64,000 nucleotides of DNA, from assembly GCA_965649765.1 (NCBI GenBank), contig OZ287758.1, forward strand, positions 10,974,001 through 11,038,000, given 5' to 3'. Each line of letters opens with the position of its first letter. The first letter of the stretch is position 1. The stretch is from Bispira polyomma (lineage: Eukaryota). The translations under genes and the position numbers were made by a program. Positions 12,403-24,245 of the stretch are shown one piece after another. Under the pieces are notes generated by a model. The model was not told where the DNA came from, did no database searches, and was given only the letters and a program-made list of their open reading frames with translations.

Positions 12403-12573
12403 GTGGGCTGACGCCTCGGCAACAGCCCCCTCAGTTCTTGTACCAGGCCACTGGGGGGGGGGGGGGGGCAATTAGGTCACCTGAGGTCAGGGGGCTAGGT
12501 ATATAAAGGTTTGGCGCCTAGTAAGCGCCATCATTAAAATTTTAATATCTTAGAAGCAAGAGTGTTTTACAAC
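12403..12573 (+). repeat. Terminal repeat A2, with G-tract and TATA-like box
   Basis: Direct repeat of A1, immediately after B1. TATATAAA at ~12500. Confidence 0.92.
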
Positions 12574-13074
12574 CGACCCTTACCCTCCCATTTAACTGTT
12601 TGTTATAGTTTCAGAATGTGGTATACAACAGAATACAGCAATACAGCTACAGCAACAGTAACCCTTATGGTCCAGCTAGATCTTGTGTAAACTGGTGGTT
12701 CAGATCCTCGGTAATTATGTTAAGTAAGGAGACTATATTGTTTTTGTCGCGTAGGGACTCCAAGTTGAGCTAGAAGGATCTCTGTAAATAACCTGTCCAA
12801 ATGGTTTACCACTCGTTAAGGCTTAAGGAAACAGCAGCACACATGGATTTTAGACGAAACAGACATTTACGTTAATTCTTATTTTAAACTTTTATTATTA
12901 CAACTTTACATATCAAGTGTTCTTTTATTATAGACTATATACATGCTTCATTAACCACTTACTTACCTGCGTGTAAGTTTTGTTTTTAATTATCAACTTT
13001 TTTATTATGTTCTTTTATATGAAATATTAAACACTTTGGTTAAAAGCTTCTAGTCAAACTCTACCTTGGTTAAA

Positions 13075-13669
13075 GGGTGTTTATAGTAAATTCATAGGCT
13101 TACATGTAGCTTCCGTAACTGTAAATATAATTACATTGTGTAGTAATATTGCTACTTCTAACTGAGCAGACTCTCAATTGCATAGATAGTAACTGAAAAT
13201 TTCACTATATGTAACTTTTAAATTCTCTTTCACAAGTATTACTGTAACTGAAGAACTTAAATTCACTTGGAAATAAGTACTGCTTAACTGTGTTAGTAGT
13301 ACTTATACTTGTATTCTTCTAGTTAAACAATTCTATAGTAGTGGTAACTTGTGTTCAATTCAATCATCCTTTGAACTTTAAGGTCACCTTTGCTTGTATC
13401 AAGTGCCTACGGGTTGCTTAAAGTAATATGGACATTAAATTTCTCTATTAAGGTGACCTTAACAAAATTTAAGTTAACGCTAAAACATTTCTTTTAGGTG
13501 GCCCTAAGTCACCTAAGTTAAAAATTAAATTCACTTTATGGAGACCTTAAGTCACCCTGTACATAGCGTAGTCTAACAGTAGTCTAACAATAAAAATGTT
13601 TTACCGCATTCTGTCTTATCATTAGCTTGTCTCTTGACCTCTGACCTCTGGCCTGTTACTGGGAAATGT
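13075..13669 (+). repeat. Terminal repeat B2 (595 bp)
   Basis: Near-identical copy of B1. Confidence 0.95.
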
Positions 13670-13670
13670 A

Positions 13671-15750
13671 AGTGGTACCGGTTACGACACTAACCTAAAT
13701 GCAGACATGTATGGGGACACACTGGAATATAATATGCACTCTTATATCAAAGGTCAGTCAGGTGTTAGTACATACAAGGAATGTAATAATCATGAAACTA
13801 TGAATAGATCTAGTCAACAAGGTGGCTTATATCAGGATTTTAAACCAGATTATGACAATATTAAAAGTCATAATAATATCATTAACAGTATAAGTTTATA
13901 TAGAATCACCATGGTGATTAATAGTAATGTGGTGGGTGAAACTCACCCTGCTCATGCAGTTACGGTGGAAGACCGGGACTTTGGTTTTATTCCTTATGTA
14001 CTTCCCCCTGTTGTGCCAGTTACTTAGTTTCAAGAAATACTGTTCCGACTTAATTACAAATGGGTAAAAAAATATTCATGAAGTATTTGGTAAATATAAA
14101 AAACCTAACTATAGAAGTGCACGAATCACTGTTCCTTTTGGGTTAAATATTCCGGCCTGTAAAAATTATTGAAGGGATACAACCTTGAGATTCTGGGGGA
14201 ATATATCCAATTTGGATTTACACTTAATATTGATTATGAACTTTTCGAACCTACCTCTGTAATTGAAAATCATAAGTCAGCGTTATGTAACCCAGAAGGT
14301 GTAAATGAATATTTTAAGGCAGAGTTTGCTCATCAGGTTACTATTGGTCCTATTGTTGAAAAATCTTTGGAGAATATGCATTTCTCACCCCTCATGGCAC
14401 GTCCTAAACCAGATGGCGGTACTCGTGTCATTGTTGAATTGTCTTGGACCTTTGGGCAAAGTGTTAACAGTTGTGTTTCAACAGATACCTATGACGGCAT
14501 ACCATTTACATTAAAATATCCTACAATTGATCAGGTAGCTAGTAAAATACAACAATTTGGTTCAGATACTTTACTTTATAAAATTGATCTTCAACAGGTG
14601 TTTTGTAACCTACATATAGATCCTAGAGATTACCATGTTTTGGGTCTGAATTGGCAGAAACAGGCCTATGTTGACGTTGGACTTCCGTTTGGTTTTCGAA
14701 CGGGAGCTGCTACTTGCCAGCTCTGTACTGACGCAGTAACGTGAGCTCTTAGAGAACGCAATATGTGGGCTAAGAATTGTTTAGATGATTTTATCGGGGT
14801 TTGTCCCCTTCTCGTGGCTCAGAGCCAGTTTTTTTCTCTTAAAAATTTGCTTACTGAATTGGGTCTACCTATTAACCTCAAAAAACTAGAGCCACCGGCT
14901 CCAGAAATCAACTGTCTTGGCATCATTATTAATGCCCATACTGGTTATCAAGTTAACTATTCCAAAAAGCAAGTTAATGATAGTCAAACAATTATGTAAA
15001 ATATGGGAAAATAAAACCTATGCCTCTAGAAATTAGCTGCAAAAGCTTAAAGGCAAGTTGCTTTATATTCATAGACGTGTACATCCTGCATTTATTTTTA
15101 TAAACAGAATATTGTAAGTATTGTGTTATGCCCCTATGAGAGGTTCCTTAATTGTACCTCCCCATTTTTATAAAGATATCAGATGGTTTAATGCATTTTT
15201 GCAGACATTTAATGGAGTAGTAGAAATACATGGCATTTTTGCAGAAATTTAATGGAGTAGTAGAAATACATAAACCTGAAAGAGTACATTATGAGGTATA
15301 TGTTGATGCATGCTTAGAACGAGTTAGAGGTTATCATGACAAAATGGTATACACTGAGGTAATCCAAGAGTTTATTAAAATATGTCATTCTATTGTTCAT
15401 TTTGAAGCTGCTAACATATTGATTGCTCTTAAATTGTGGTGTAAACGTTGGCAATATGCCACTGTCCTAATATGGTGTGATAATTATGCAGTAGTAAACA
15501 CATTCACTTCTGGGAAAACAAGAGATCCCTGGTTAATGGCATGTATTAGAACCACCTGGTATTACTTAGCAGCGTATAATATTGAACTTAAAGTTCAGCA
15601 CATAAAAGGTGTGGATAACAAGCTTGCAGACATACTATCAAAATGGCATATATATATCATTCCATGAATATGTGTGAAGTTAAAATGCTAAAACAATGCC
15701 AATGGCTGGATACTAATGAGGAGATGATACTTCCTAACTTTTTTATTTAG
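13671..15750 (+). pseudogene. Outer DIRS pol (linker, RT, RNase H), disrupted
   Basis: FGFIP, NHKSA, HFSPLMARPK, KIDLQ, LPFGFRTG, CLDDF. RNase H motifs YVDAC, HFEAAN, WCDN and HIKGVDNKLADILS. Confidence 0.9.
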
Positions 15751-16051
15751 ATATGAAATATGTAATTGTTATGAAAACCTTATGGGTCAAAACCCCTAAA
15801 AAAGAAACCATTGTTCTGCCCTTTAAGTTTTGTATTTTTAGCCTCTTACATGGCGGCCATCCTGGAACATGATGCCTTTCAGCGTCTGCCTTCTGCTCTA
15901 TGCCCACGCACAAGGACTTTTTTTACAACTCAGTCTTCTGGCTCTTTATCTCCTTTATGGTGTTTACAAGATTGTCGGTGCCTCACTGCTCAACAACTGT
16001 ATTATGCTTTGTCGAGTATATGATATAGAATAGCTTAAGGGCTTCTTCTAT

Positions 16052-16837
16052 TGTTACGATCATGGGAGCAAGCGCGGTAGCAATTACCGGTTGCTTTGAG
16101 GTTGTAACAGGAAAAGACAAAAAGTTTCATTTAACAAATTTATTTAACAATTAAAATAACAATTACAGAATTACAGTCAACTGAGATACCCTTAATAGTT
16201 CACACAATAATACAATAATGAAACCAATCTGACCTGACCACAGTCCTGTCCACATAAATAACAATTAAACAAGTTTGTCCACTGTATCCAGCAATCTGTC
16301 TTGAGATCCGCTCAATGTTCACACAATGCCTGTATCCTGTTATCCGTTCAGTGTCCACGAACACAAAATGTATATATCCAGAGAGTCTGCACAACTAAGC
16401 TATCCAGTCCAGGATGCAAACAATATCCAATATCCAGTAAATCCAATCTCTGGTAGATCCACAACTTTTATCTAGTTCACTCCAATGAGTTCACCACAAA
16501 AACATATGTAGTAATCAGTTTATATCCACAGGAAAAGAAATAAAATGTTTCACAGTATAGTAGTTCATATAGCACCTCAACTCTGATCTGTGGCCAGGCT
16601 GTCAACCCTTATATATACAACTGCTAGAGAAGGCTCTAGAATATGTAAACAATCGCTAGAACATTCCAGAGATGAGATACACATATGAACACACAACAGA
16701 AACAAAATAGAAACAGCTTCTAGAAGCTTAGGGTTTTCCCCAATTCTATAAATAGATCACTCTAGCAGAGTGTAAGATCATTAGTACTAACTAGACCGGT
16801 TTTGCTTTAACACACCACAATGTCCCCATATGTAACA
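16052..16837 (-). repeat. 3' LTR (786 bp)
   Basis: tgttac...tgtaaca. Adjacent polypurine tract aagggggtagg on the minus strand (16838-16848). Confidence 0.95.
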
Positions 16838-17032
16838 CCTACCCCCTTAAAGAAATATTTTGGAAGCCAAGGGGTTACAAAATTTCATATTACACAAAAC
16901 ATAAGTGAATATACAGTGTACATATCTAATAACATTTTATGGATCATTGTATTTTAAGTTACACAAGTAATATCCATAAGTAAACATCTGTTTTACAACT
17001 TTACTTTTCAGTTACTAACATACAAAATAACC

Positions 17033-18668
17033 TTAACTACAACTTCTGGATAGAGCATCAGCACAAATGTTATCCTTTCCTTTAACATGCTCTATTTGTA
17101 AACTGTATTCTTGCAAAACCAAACTCCAATTCAATAAACGTCTGTTTTTGTTTTTCATTTTATGCAAGAATACTAAAGGGTTGTGATCTGTGTACACAAT
17201 AGTTGGTTTTGATGATATGTATATATCAAAGTGTTTAATGGCTAAAATGAGGGCCAAACATTCCTTTTCTATTGTAGAGTAATTCTTTTGATGTACGTTA
17301 AATTTTTTTGAAAAATAACAAATGGGATGTTCAATATCTTCATCATCAGTCTGCAGTAAAACTGCACCTGCCCCAACATCACTGGCATCCACAGCTAACC
17401 GAAATGGTCTACTGAAGTCTGGAGCAGCTATTACAGGCTCCGAACAGAGAACACTCTTTACTTTGTCAAATGCTTTTTGACATGCTTCAGACCAGTGATA
17501 TTTTACATTTTTTTTAAAGCTCAGTCAGTGGAGCAGTGACATCTGAGAAATTTTTACAAAATGTTCTATAATAACCTGACATTCCCAGGAACCTCATTAA
17601 ACTTTTCTTATTTTTAGGAATAGGGTAGTCAATAATGCTTTCAACTTTTGCTTTAATTGGTGTCACAACTCCATGACCCACTACATGCCCTAAGTAAACA
17701 ACCTTTGCCTTTACAAAGTCACTTTTCGATAGATTCACAGTAAGGTTGGCTTGCTTGAGCTGAAACAGAACTTGTTCAAGTCTTTTTAAATGTTCTTCCC
17801 ACGTATCACTAAAGATGACAATATCATCCACATACACTTCAACCCCTTCTAAGTTCCTTAAACATATATTCATTAGTCTCTGAAATGTAGCTTGGGAATT
17901 TTTCATGCCGAATGGCATTACTTTGTACTGATATAGACCATCGGGAGTTACAAATGCTGATATTTCTTTTGCCCGTTCAGTAAGAGGTACACACCAGTAA
18001 CCTTTCAATAAGTCACACTTTGTGATATATTTGGCTTTACCAATCCGATCAATACAGTCTTCCATTCTTGGGATAGGAAATGGATCGGTTTTACTCAAAA
18101 CATTAACCTTTCTATAGTCTGTGCAATATCTGATAGAACCATCAGGCTTTGGGACCAAAACACAAGGAGATGCCCAACTACTTTGATTTGGTTCAATTAT
18201 ATCTTTGTCCAACATGTATTGCACTTCTTGTCTTAATTTTTCAAGTTTAATTGGGTTTACACGATATGGGTGCTGTTTGACCGGAATGGCATTGCCAACA
18301 TCAACATCATGCATGAGTACATTGGTCCTGTTAGGGGCATCAAGAAATACTGACTTATACTTCAAGAGTAACTCACTAAGTGGGATCCTCTTATCTGGAG
18401 GTACATGATTCAGTTTGGTTTCCAAATCAGCAAGAATCTCTGAATTACTCAACCTGATTTTACATTTAACTTTAACATCAGGAGTGTCACCCCATGCTTC
18501 ATGCTCTTGATTGTTGTCATTTTCCACATTACAGTCAGTAGCCATGACAGGCTTTGTCACACCCCTTTCAAAGTATGGTTTTACCATATTTACATGACAC
18601 AGTTGGGTTGACTTCCTTCTGTCCGGGGTTTCAATGATATAATCCAAATCACCTACTCTTTTAAACAC
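17033..18668 (-). pseudogene. Gypsy RT and RNase H
   Basis: WASPCVLVPK, DLLKGYW, MPFGMKN, YVDD; RNase H DAS, EKECLA, TDHNPL, ADALSR. Frameshift in a T run near 17515. Confidence 0.95.
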
Positions 18669-18705
18669 TTTGTATGGCCCATGATATCTGGCCTGTAACG
18701 TGTTC

Positions 18706-19450
18706 CTAAACTTTGAAACATAACAGGTTTAGCCTCTCAGAGTTCTCGGATAACCAATTTTCTTTCAACAATTTGAGAGGACCACGGACTGAATGACCAA
18801 ACACCAACTCAAAGGGACTAAAGCCTAAAGACTCTTGCACTGATTCCCTAACTGCAAACAATAATAAGTTGATGCCTTCATCCCAATCTTTCTCACTGTC
18901 TAAGCAATATGTCCTAATCATATTTTTTAAGTGGAATGGAACCTTTCAAGGGCACCTTGTGATGCTGGGTGATAAGCACTAGATTTGATCTGTTTGGCAC
19001 CTAACTGAAACACAACTTGCTGAAATAATCCTGACATAAAATTTGACCCTTGATCTGACTGGATCTCCTTTGGTAAGCCAACTAAAGTAAAGAAATTGAT
19101 TAAAGCTTTCGAAATTTTTTGGGTTGTTATGTTGGTCAAAGGTATTGCTTCAGGGAATCTGGTTGAGGCACACATAATGGTTAAGAGATATTGGTTTCTG
19201 GATTTAGTCTTTGGTAAGGGGCCTACACAATCAATTATCACCTTGCTGAATGGTTCCTCAAATGCTGGAATGGGTTTTAGAGGAGCTGCAGGAATCTTTT
19301 AGTTTGGTTTCCTTACAACTTGACAAATGTGACAAGTTTTACAAAATTCTGCCACACAGCGCCAGATTTGAGGCCAGTAGAAATGCTTAGTTATTTTGCC
19401 ACAGGTTTTATTAATGCCTAAATGGCCACCCATTGGAGACTCATGAGCTA
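18706..19450 (-). pseudogene. Gypsy integrase (H2C2 zinc finger plus DDE core), upstream of RT
   Basis: HESPMGGH...CKTCHIC, IIDCVGPLP, IQSDQGSNF, SSAYHPASQGALER. Disrupted. Confidence 0.93.
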
Positions 19451-21620
19451 ACCTCAATACATCATTTTGGTACATTTTTGGTAATACAATCTGATGAAGT
19501 ATTGACCAGTTCTCAGAGGTAGGGACACTTGGCGGCCTCCACTTTCGCATGAGCACACCATTTCTGATATAATAGCCTACTTGGACCTTATCTAGCTCTA
19601 CTGGTGGTAACACCAATTTGAATAGAGAGGCTAATTCAGGGTCATTTTCCTGCTCTACAATCAATTTTGATTTTGAGAGTGATACGTCTGGATCATCAAA
19701 TTGGTCTTGTTTCTCAGAATCTTCCCTACCTTTAGGGTCAGTATCAGTATGATTTTTCACATCATGGTCACAGTTGTTTAAGAATGTATCTGATAAATCA
19801 ACTAACACATCTGTAGATTGTTTACAATCTTTTGGTTCTTCTTGGGCTTTTTTAGCCATAGCTCGAGTCACAGCACAGGAGGGAAAAATACCAGGAATAA
19901 CCTCTTCTAATTTCTCAGTGCTAACCAAAGTGATCGGCTTAGAAGTAACCTTAGGATCAGCAACCACCTTGCCACCTGCTAAATCATTTCCCAACAGCAA
20001 AGACACCCCTTTAATGGGTAAAGTGGGCCTGGTACCCACCACAACAGAACCAGTAACTAAGTCTGATACTAAGTTGACCTTATGTAAGGGAATGTTTACA
20101 CAACCTCCTTCAATACCTTGAGCAATAATACTCTCACCAGTAGAAGTGCTTACACTCAATGGCAATACACCTTCTAAAAGTAGTGACTGAGTAGCCCCAG
20201 TGTCTCTTAGTATCCTAATGGGAACTTGACTGGAACTACTATCTAAGGATACAAAACCCTCAGACACAAAAGGTTTGAACTCATTCCTAATCTCAGACTT
20301 GTCTAAACCAATACTAGATTCTGCTCTATTGGGATTTGAACGCCAATTAGATTTGCTAGAAATAAAGGCATTAGGTGTCGCCTCCTTTTCTCTCCTTTTC
20401 TTAAGGAGCCAACAGTCAGACATAACATGCCCAGGATTTTTACAGTAATGGCACACAGGGGCAAAGGACCTAGGTTTCCTATCCTTACTCATTGTCTGAT
20501 TTGTTGTTTGAAACTTATCTGAACTCTTTTCTGGAGCTACATTTTCTAATTTCTTACCTACTTCAGGATAAAACTTCTTTGTGGGACCAGAGGATTTACT
20601 CTTGTTAAAAGTGGACTTGTGAGTCAGCGCATAATCATCAGCATAAGCTGCTGCTTTTTGCAAATTTTCTACTTTCTGTTCATCCAGATAGGATTTAATG
20701 TCATCACGAACACCCCTTTTGAACTTTTCAATTAAAATGACTTGCCCAAGCTTTTCAAAGTCTGTACCAACTTCTCTAGAATTACACCATCTGTCAAAGT
20801 ACACTTCTTTTTCATGGGCAAATTCAACATAAGTTTGATTTTCTTGCTTACAATAATTTCTGAATTTTTGACGATATGCTTCTGGTACCAACTCATATGC
20901 TTTCAAGATAGCATTTTTCACACAGTCATAATCTCTACATTCAGAAATTGGCAAAGCTGTATATGCCTCTTGGGCTTTGCCTTTGAAAACACTTTGCAGC
21001 AATAAAGGCCACTGGTTTGTGGGCCATTTCAAATTTTGAGCCACTCGTTCAAAGTGTTGAAAATATTTATCAACTTCGGACTCATTGAAAGGTGGTACCA
21101 GTCGCATATTTTTACCCAAATCAAATTTGGTTGCCATGGACTCTTCATGGGCAATTCGGCGAGCATTGAGTTCCAAAGCCTTCATTTCCCTTTCATGTTT
21201 AAGCTCAAGCTCTTTTTCAAATTTTTGAGCTTCAAGCTCTTCTTTTCGCCTTTGAGCCTCAAACTCAAGCTCTTCTTTTCGTCTTTGAGCCTCAAGCTCT
21301 TCCTTTCGCCTTTGAGCCTCAAGCTCTTCTTTTCGCACCTCAAGCTCTTTAAGTTTTAGCTCTCTTTCAATTTATAATCGCCTGATCTCAAATTGCCCAG
21401 AAGGTTCCATTGGAAGATGTTTATACACTTCTAAACAGCTGTCATGCAAAAGGTCTTCATCAACTAACTGTTCAACAATAAGCCTTTTAAGTTCATGTTT
21501 ATGTGTTGACCTTTTCACCTCTAACTGTAATTCTTGTGCTATCTGCATTAAAATATCTTTTTTAAAAATTTCTAGAACCTCAATAGATGGTGACCGTACA
21601 AACTCTTTAGCACTAGCCAT
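19451..21620 (-). pseudogene. Gypsy gag and protease
   Basis: Starts MASAKEF at 21620, premature stop at 21372. RRKEELEAQ repeats, CHYCKNPGHVMSDC zinc knuckle, LRDTGATQS protease site. Confidence 0.92.
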
Positions 21621-21706
21621 TTTGAGCACTGTTGACTGTAGTATATTTTCAAACAAAATAAATGATTTTTCAAAAAGCTATAAAAATAGTTAGGTCAAAT
21701 GGTTAG

Positions 21707-21724
21707 ATCCCGGACGAGCCCCCA
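21707..21724 (-). promoter_or_regulatory. Primer-binding site complementary to tRNA-Pro
   Basis: Minus strand TGGGGGCTCGTCCGGGAT, 7 nt from the 5' LTR. Confidence 0.9.
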
Positions 21725-21731
21725 ATTTTCC

Positions 21732-22533
21732 TGTTACGGTCACGGGAGCAAGTGCGGTAGCAATTACCGGTTGCTTTGAGGTTGTAACAGGAAAAGACAA
21801 AAAGTTTCACTTAACAAATTTATTTAACAAATATAATAACAATTACAGAATTACAGAATTACAGTCAACTGAGATACCCTTAATAGTTCATACAATAATA
21901 CAATAATGAAACCAATCTGACCTGACCACAGTCCTGTCCACATAAATAACAATTAAACAAGTTTGTCCACTGTATCCAGCAATCTGTCTTGAAATCCGCT
22001 CAATGGCCACACAATGCCTGTATCCTGTTATCCGTTCAGTGTCCACAAACACAAAATGTATATATCCAGAGAGTCTGCACAACTAAGCTATCTAATCCAG
22101 GATGCAAAAATATCCAATATGCAGTAAATCCAATCCCTGGTAGATCCACAACTTTTATCTAGTTCACTCCAATGAGTTCACCACAAAAACATATGTAGTA
22201 ATCAGTTTATATCTACAGGAAAAGAAATAAAATGTTTCACAGTATAGCAGTTCATATAGCACCTCAACTCAATTAACTCTGGTCTGTGGCCAGGCTGTCA
22301 ACCCTTATATATACAACTGCTAGAGAAGGCTCTAGAATATGTAAACAATCGCTAGAACATTCCAGAGATGAGATACACACATGAACACACAACAGAAACA
22401 AAATAGAAACAGCTTCTAGAAGCTTAGGGGTTTCCCCAATTCTATAAATAGATCACTCTAGCAGAGTGTAAGATCATTAGTACTAACTAGACCGGTTTTG
22501 CTTTAACACACCACAATGTCCCCATATGTAACA
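21732..22533 (-). repeat. 5' LTR (802 bp)
   Basis: Copy of 16052-16837 with scattered substitutions and small indels. Confidence 0.95.
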
Positions 22534-22788
22534 CTATCAACACGGGTGAAGAGAGTTCTATCCATAGGTATGTTAAAGAAATTAATACAAGCTTCTAGTA
22601 AAATGACTAATGCTGAAACATATATAGCACTATTCTTATGTGCATTTTTTGGCCTTTTTTGTTCAGCATCACTTGTCCCATCAGCACTTAAAGAATTTGA
22701 AATCACTACCCCACAAGGGCCCACCTAATATGGGGTGCTGCAGGTGTGCATATACTGATGACATGTGCAAAAAACATGCAAGGTTCAG

Positions 22789-23026
22789 GGCCCGTATTCT
22801 CGAACGTATACTCAGCTTAATCTCATACTCAACTCAAATATAGGCTATGTGTCATTATACATGAAAATAACCTCTACTTGTGACCATTCATTTTAATAGA
22901 GATTTCAACTCTGAATTCAAATATCAAGTCAGATTTTAGATATATTTACCGTATCCAGAGTTATAGAGAATCCAGATTTGAGTTGACTATGAGTTTGAGC
23001 TGAGTATACGTTCGAGAATACCGGCC
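22789..23026. mobile_element. PIF/Harbinger-like MITE with CAG TSD
   Basis: TIR ggcccgtattctcgaacgtatactcagc. CAG is duplicated, and removal restores the YR reading frame. Second copy at 53553-53787. Confidence 0.88.
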
Positions 23027-23890
23027 CAGGTCAATATCAAGTCGTGCAACTACCTTCCTTACCAGAAAATAGTCTATGTCCAGTTACTGCTTTGAGAAAT
23101 ATGATTAGAAAATTTCGAGCTGGAGATGAAGCTCCATTGTTTATTGTCAGAACGAAACACCAAAATAACCCTCTCACTGCCTTTAAAGTCAGATTCTTTT
23201 TGAAATTAATGCTTACTAATATTGGTTTGTCCCCTAAGGAATTTGGTTTTCATAGCTTAAGAAGAAGTGGGGCATTGTTTGCCTTTGATAATAATATTGA
23301 TTTACAGAGTATTAAGAAACACCGAAACTGGCGCAATAAGGCGATTTGTACTTACCTTAGTTCCACCCCTAAAGCGGCTGGTGTAGTCCCTAAAACATTG
23401 AAGAAATTATTATGTTAGACCTACCTCTACAACTTGTTTGGGATTTGGCCCTTCTTTTATATAACTATAAACTATATAACTTAAATACTCATTGCTAGCT
23501 TTTTGGTTAAAATTGACACCATGAGTTACGTAATGCATTATTAACATCAATTATGCGTATGTATTGTTATCTTTTGTTTATAATGACAGGATTACTCATT
23601 GTAACCGTATTAACACTAGCAACAGTTAAATAAGTTGTTATGTAAAGTTGGAGTAGTTGTAACAGTTAGACTAACATAAATGTAACGTAACAAAACTTAA
23701 CATTGATGTGTAACAAAGTTAACAATTGTAACTGGATGGTTACTCAAAGGGTATGAAACATATGTTTTTAAATAAATCTCCAAATATGTAACTCAAGTAC
23801 AGGGCCACATTCACAAAAGGGGAGAGGCTAAAACTTTGTCTGGACATCTAGTATACTTTTGCACTAAATTTAGGACAATGTCTAGAATTA

Positions 23891-24245
23891 AGGGGCAAAG
23901 ATATCTGTCCCATTTTGCTTCCGAATTCGCCACCCAACGTCCGTTTCCTTTATCTGACGTCCGAATTTGAAGAAACACTACATCCAAAAAACTGGCAAGT
24001 TTTTCTAGTATTGATTTATTTTACTACAAGTGTTTGAATGTAAAAAAAAATCACAATATCATGATATTACTTTACCTTGCCATGCTAAAGGTATTGGAAC
24101 GATTTTGAAGATTCGGCCATCGTTTGTGACATCGGCCAGGTGTGTCCTACTTTTCTGTTTTCTTTAATTTTAACTTTTTCGGATGACGGAAACAAACATG
24201 GGATGACGGGTTCGGAAGCAAAATCGGACAGGTGTATTCGCCCCT
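23891..24245. mobile_element. MITE with ~65-bp imperfect TIRs
   Basis: aggggc...ctgtcccattttgcttccgaa versus ttcggaagcaaaatcggacagg...cgcccct. Flanked by TTA. Confidence 0.75.

Larger units (their letters stand above)
7643..13670 (+). mobile_element. Inner DIRS-order retrotransposon with split direct repeats (A1-gag-RT-YR-B1-A2-spacer-B2), 6028 bp, no TSD
   Basis: A and B repeats seen directly. gag, RT and YR motifs present. Boundaries fixed by restoration of the host ORF. Confidence 0.93.
16052..22533 (-). mobile_element. Full-length Ty3/Gypsy LTR retrotransposon, Gmr1-like domain order (gag-PR-INT-RT-RH)
   Basis: Paired TG...CA LTRs, CTAT TSD (16048-16051 and 22534-22537), PBS, PPT and domain motifs. 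Confidence 0.96.
15842..23418 (+). pseudogene. Outer DIRS tyrosine recombinase, split by Gypsy and MITE insertions
   Basis: N-terminal part 15842-16051; YIALFLCAFFG at ~22620; KNMQGS|GQYQVVQLP across the MITE; LCPV and FHSLRRSGA in 23044-23418. Confidence 0.85.
5537..23800 (+). mobile_element. Outer degenerate DIRS-order (PAT/Ngaro-like) tyrosine-recombinase retrotransposon, interrupted by three nested insertions; termini approximate
   Basis: Collinear gag remnant (5537-~6290), long linker, RT (~13970-15000), RNase H (15230-15667) and YR (15842-16051, 22538-22788, 23030-23418). Removing 7643-13670 fuses ORF 7388-7642 in frame to ORF 13671-14027. Confidence 0.8.

Noticed and set aside
12574-13074. 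Hammerhead ribozyme in the DIRS spacer (gacgaaac at ~12854)
   Set aside because: No matching CUGANGA core with suitable stems found by eye.
16200-16394. Duplicated 64-aa ORF (also 21888-22082)
   Set aside because: It lies within the two LTRs, so the duplication is trivial, and there is no evidence of coding.
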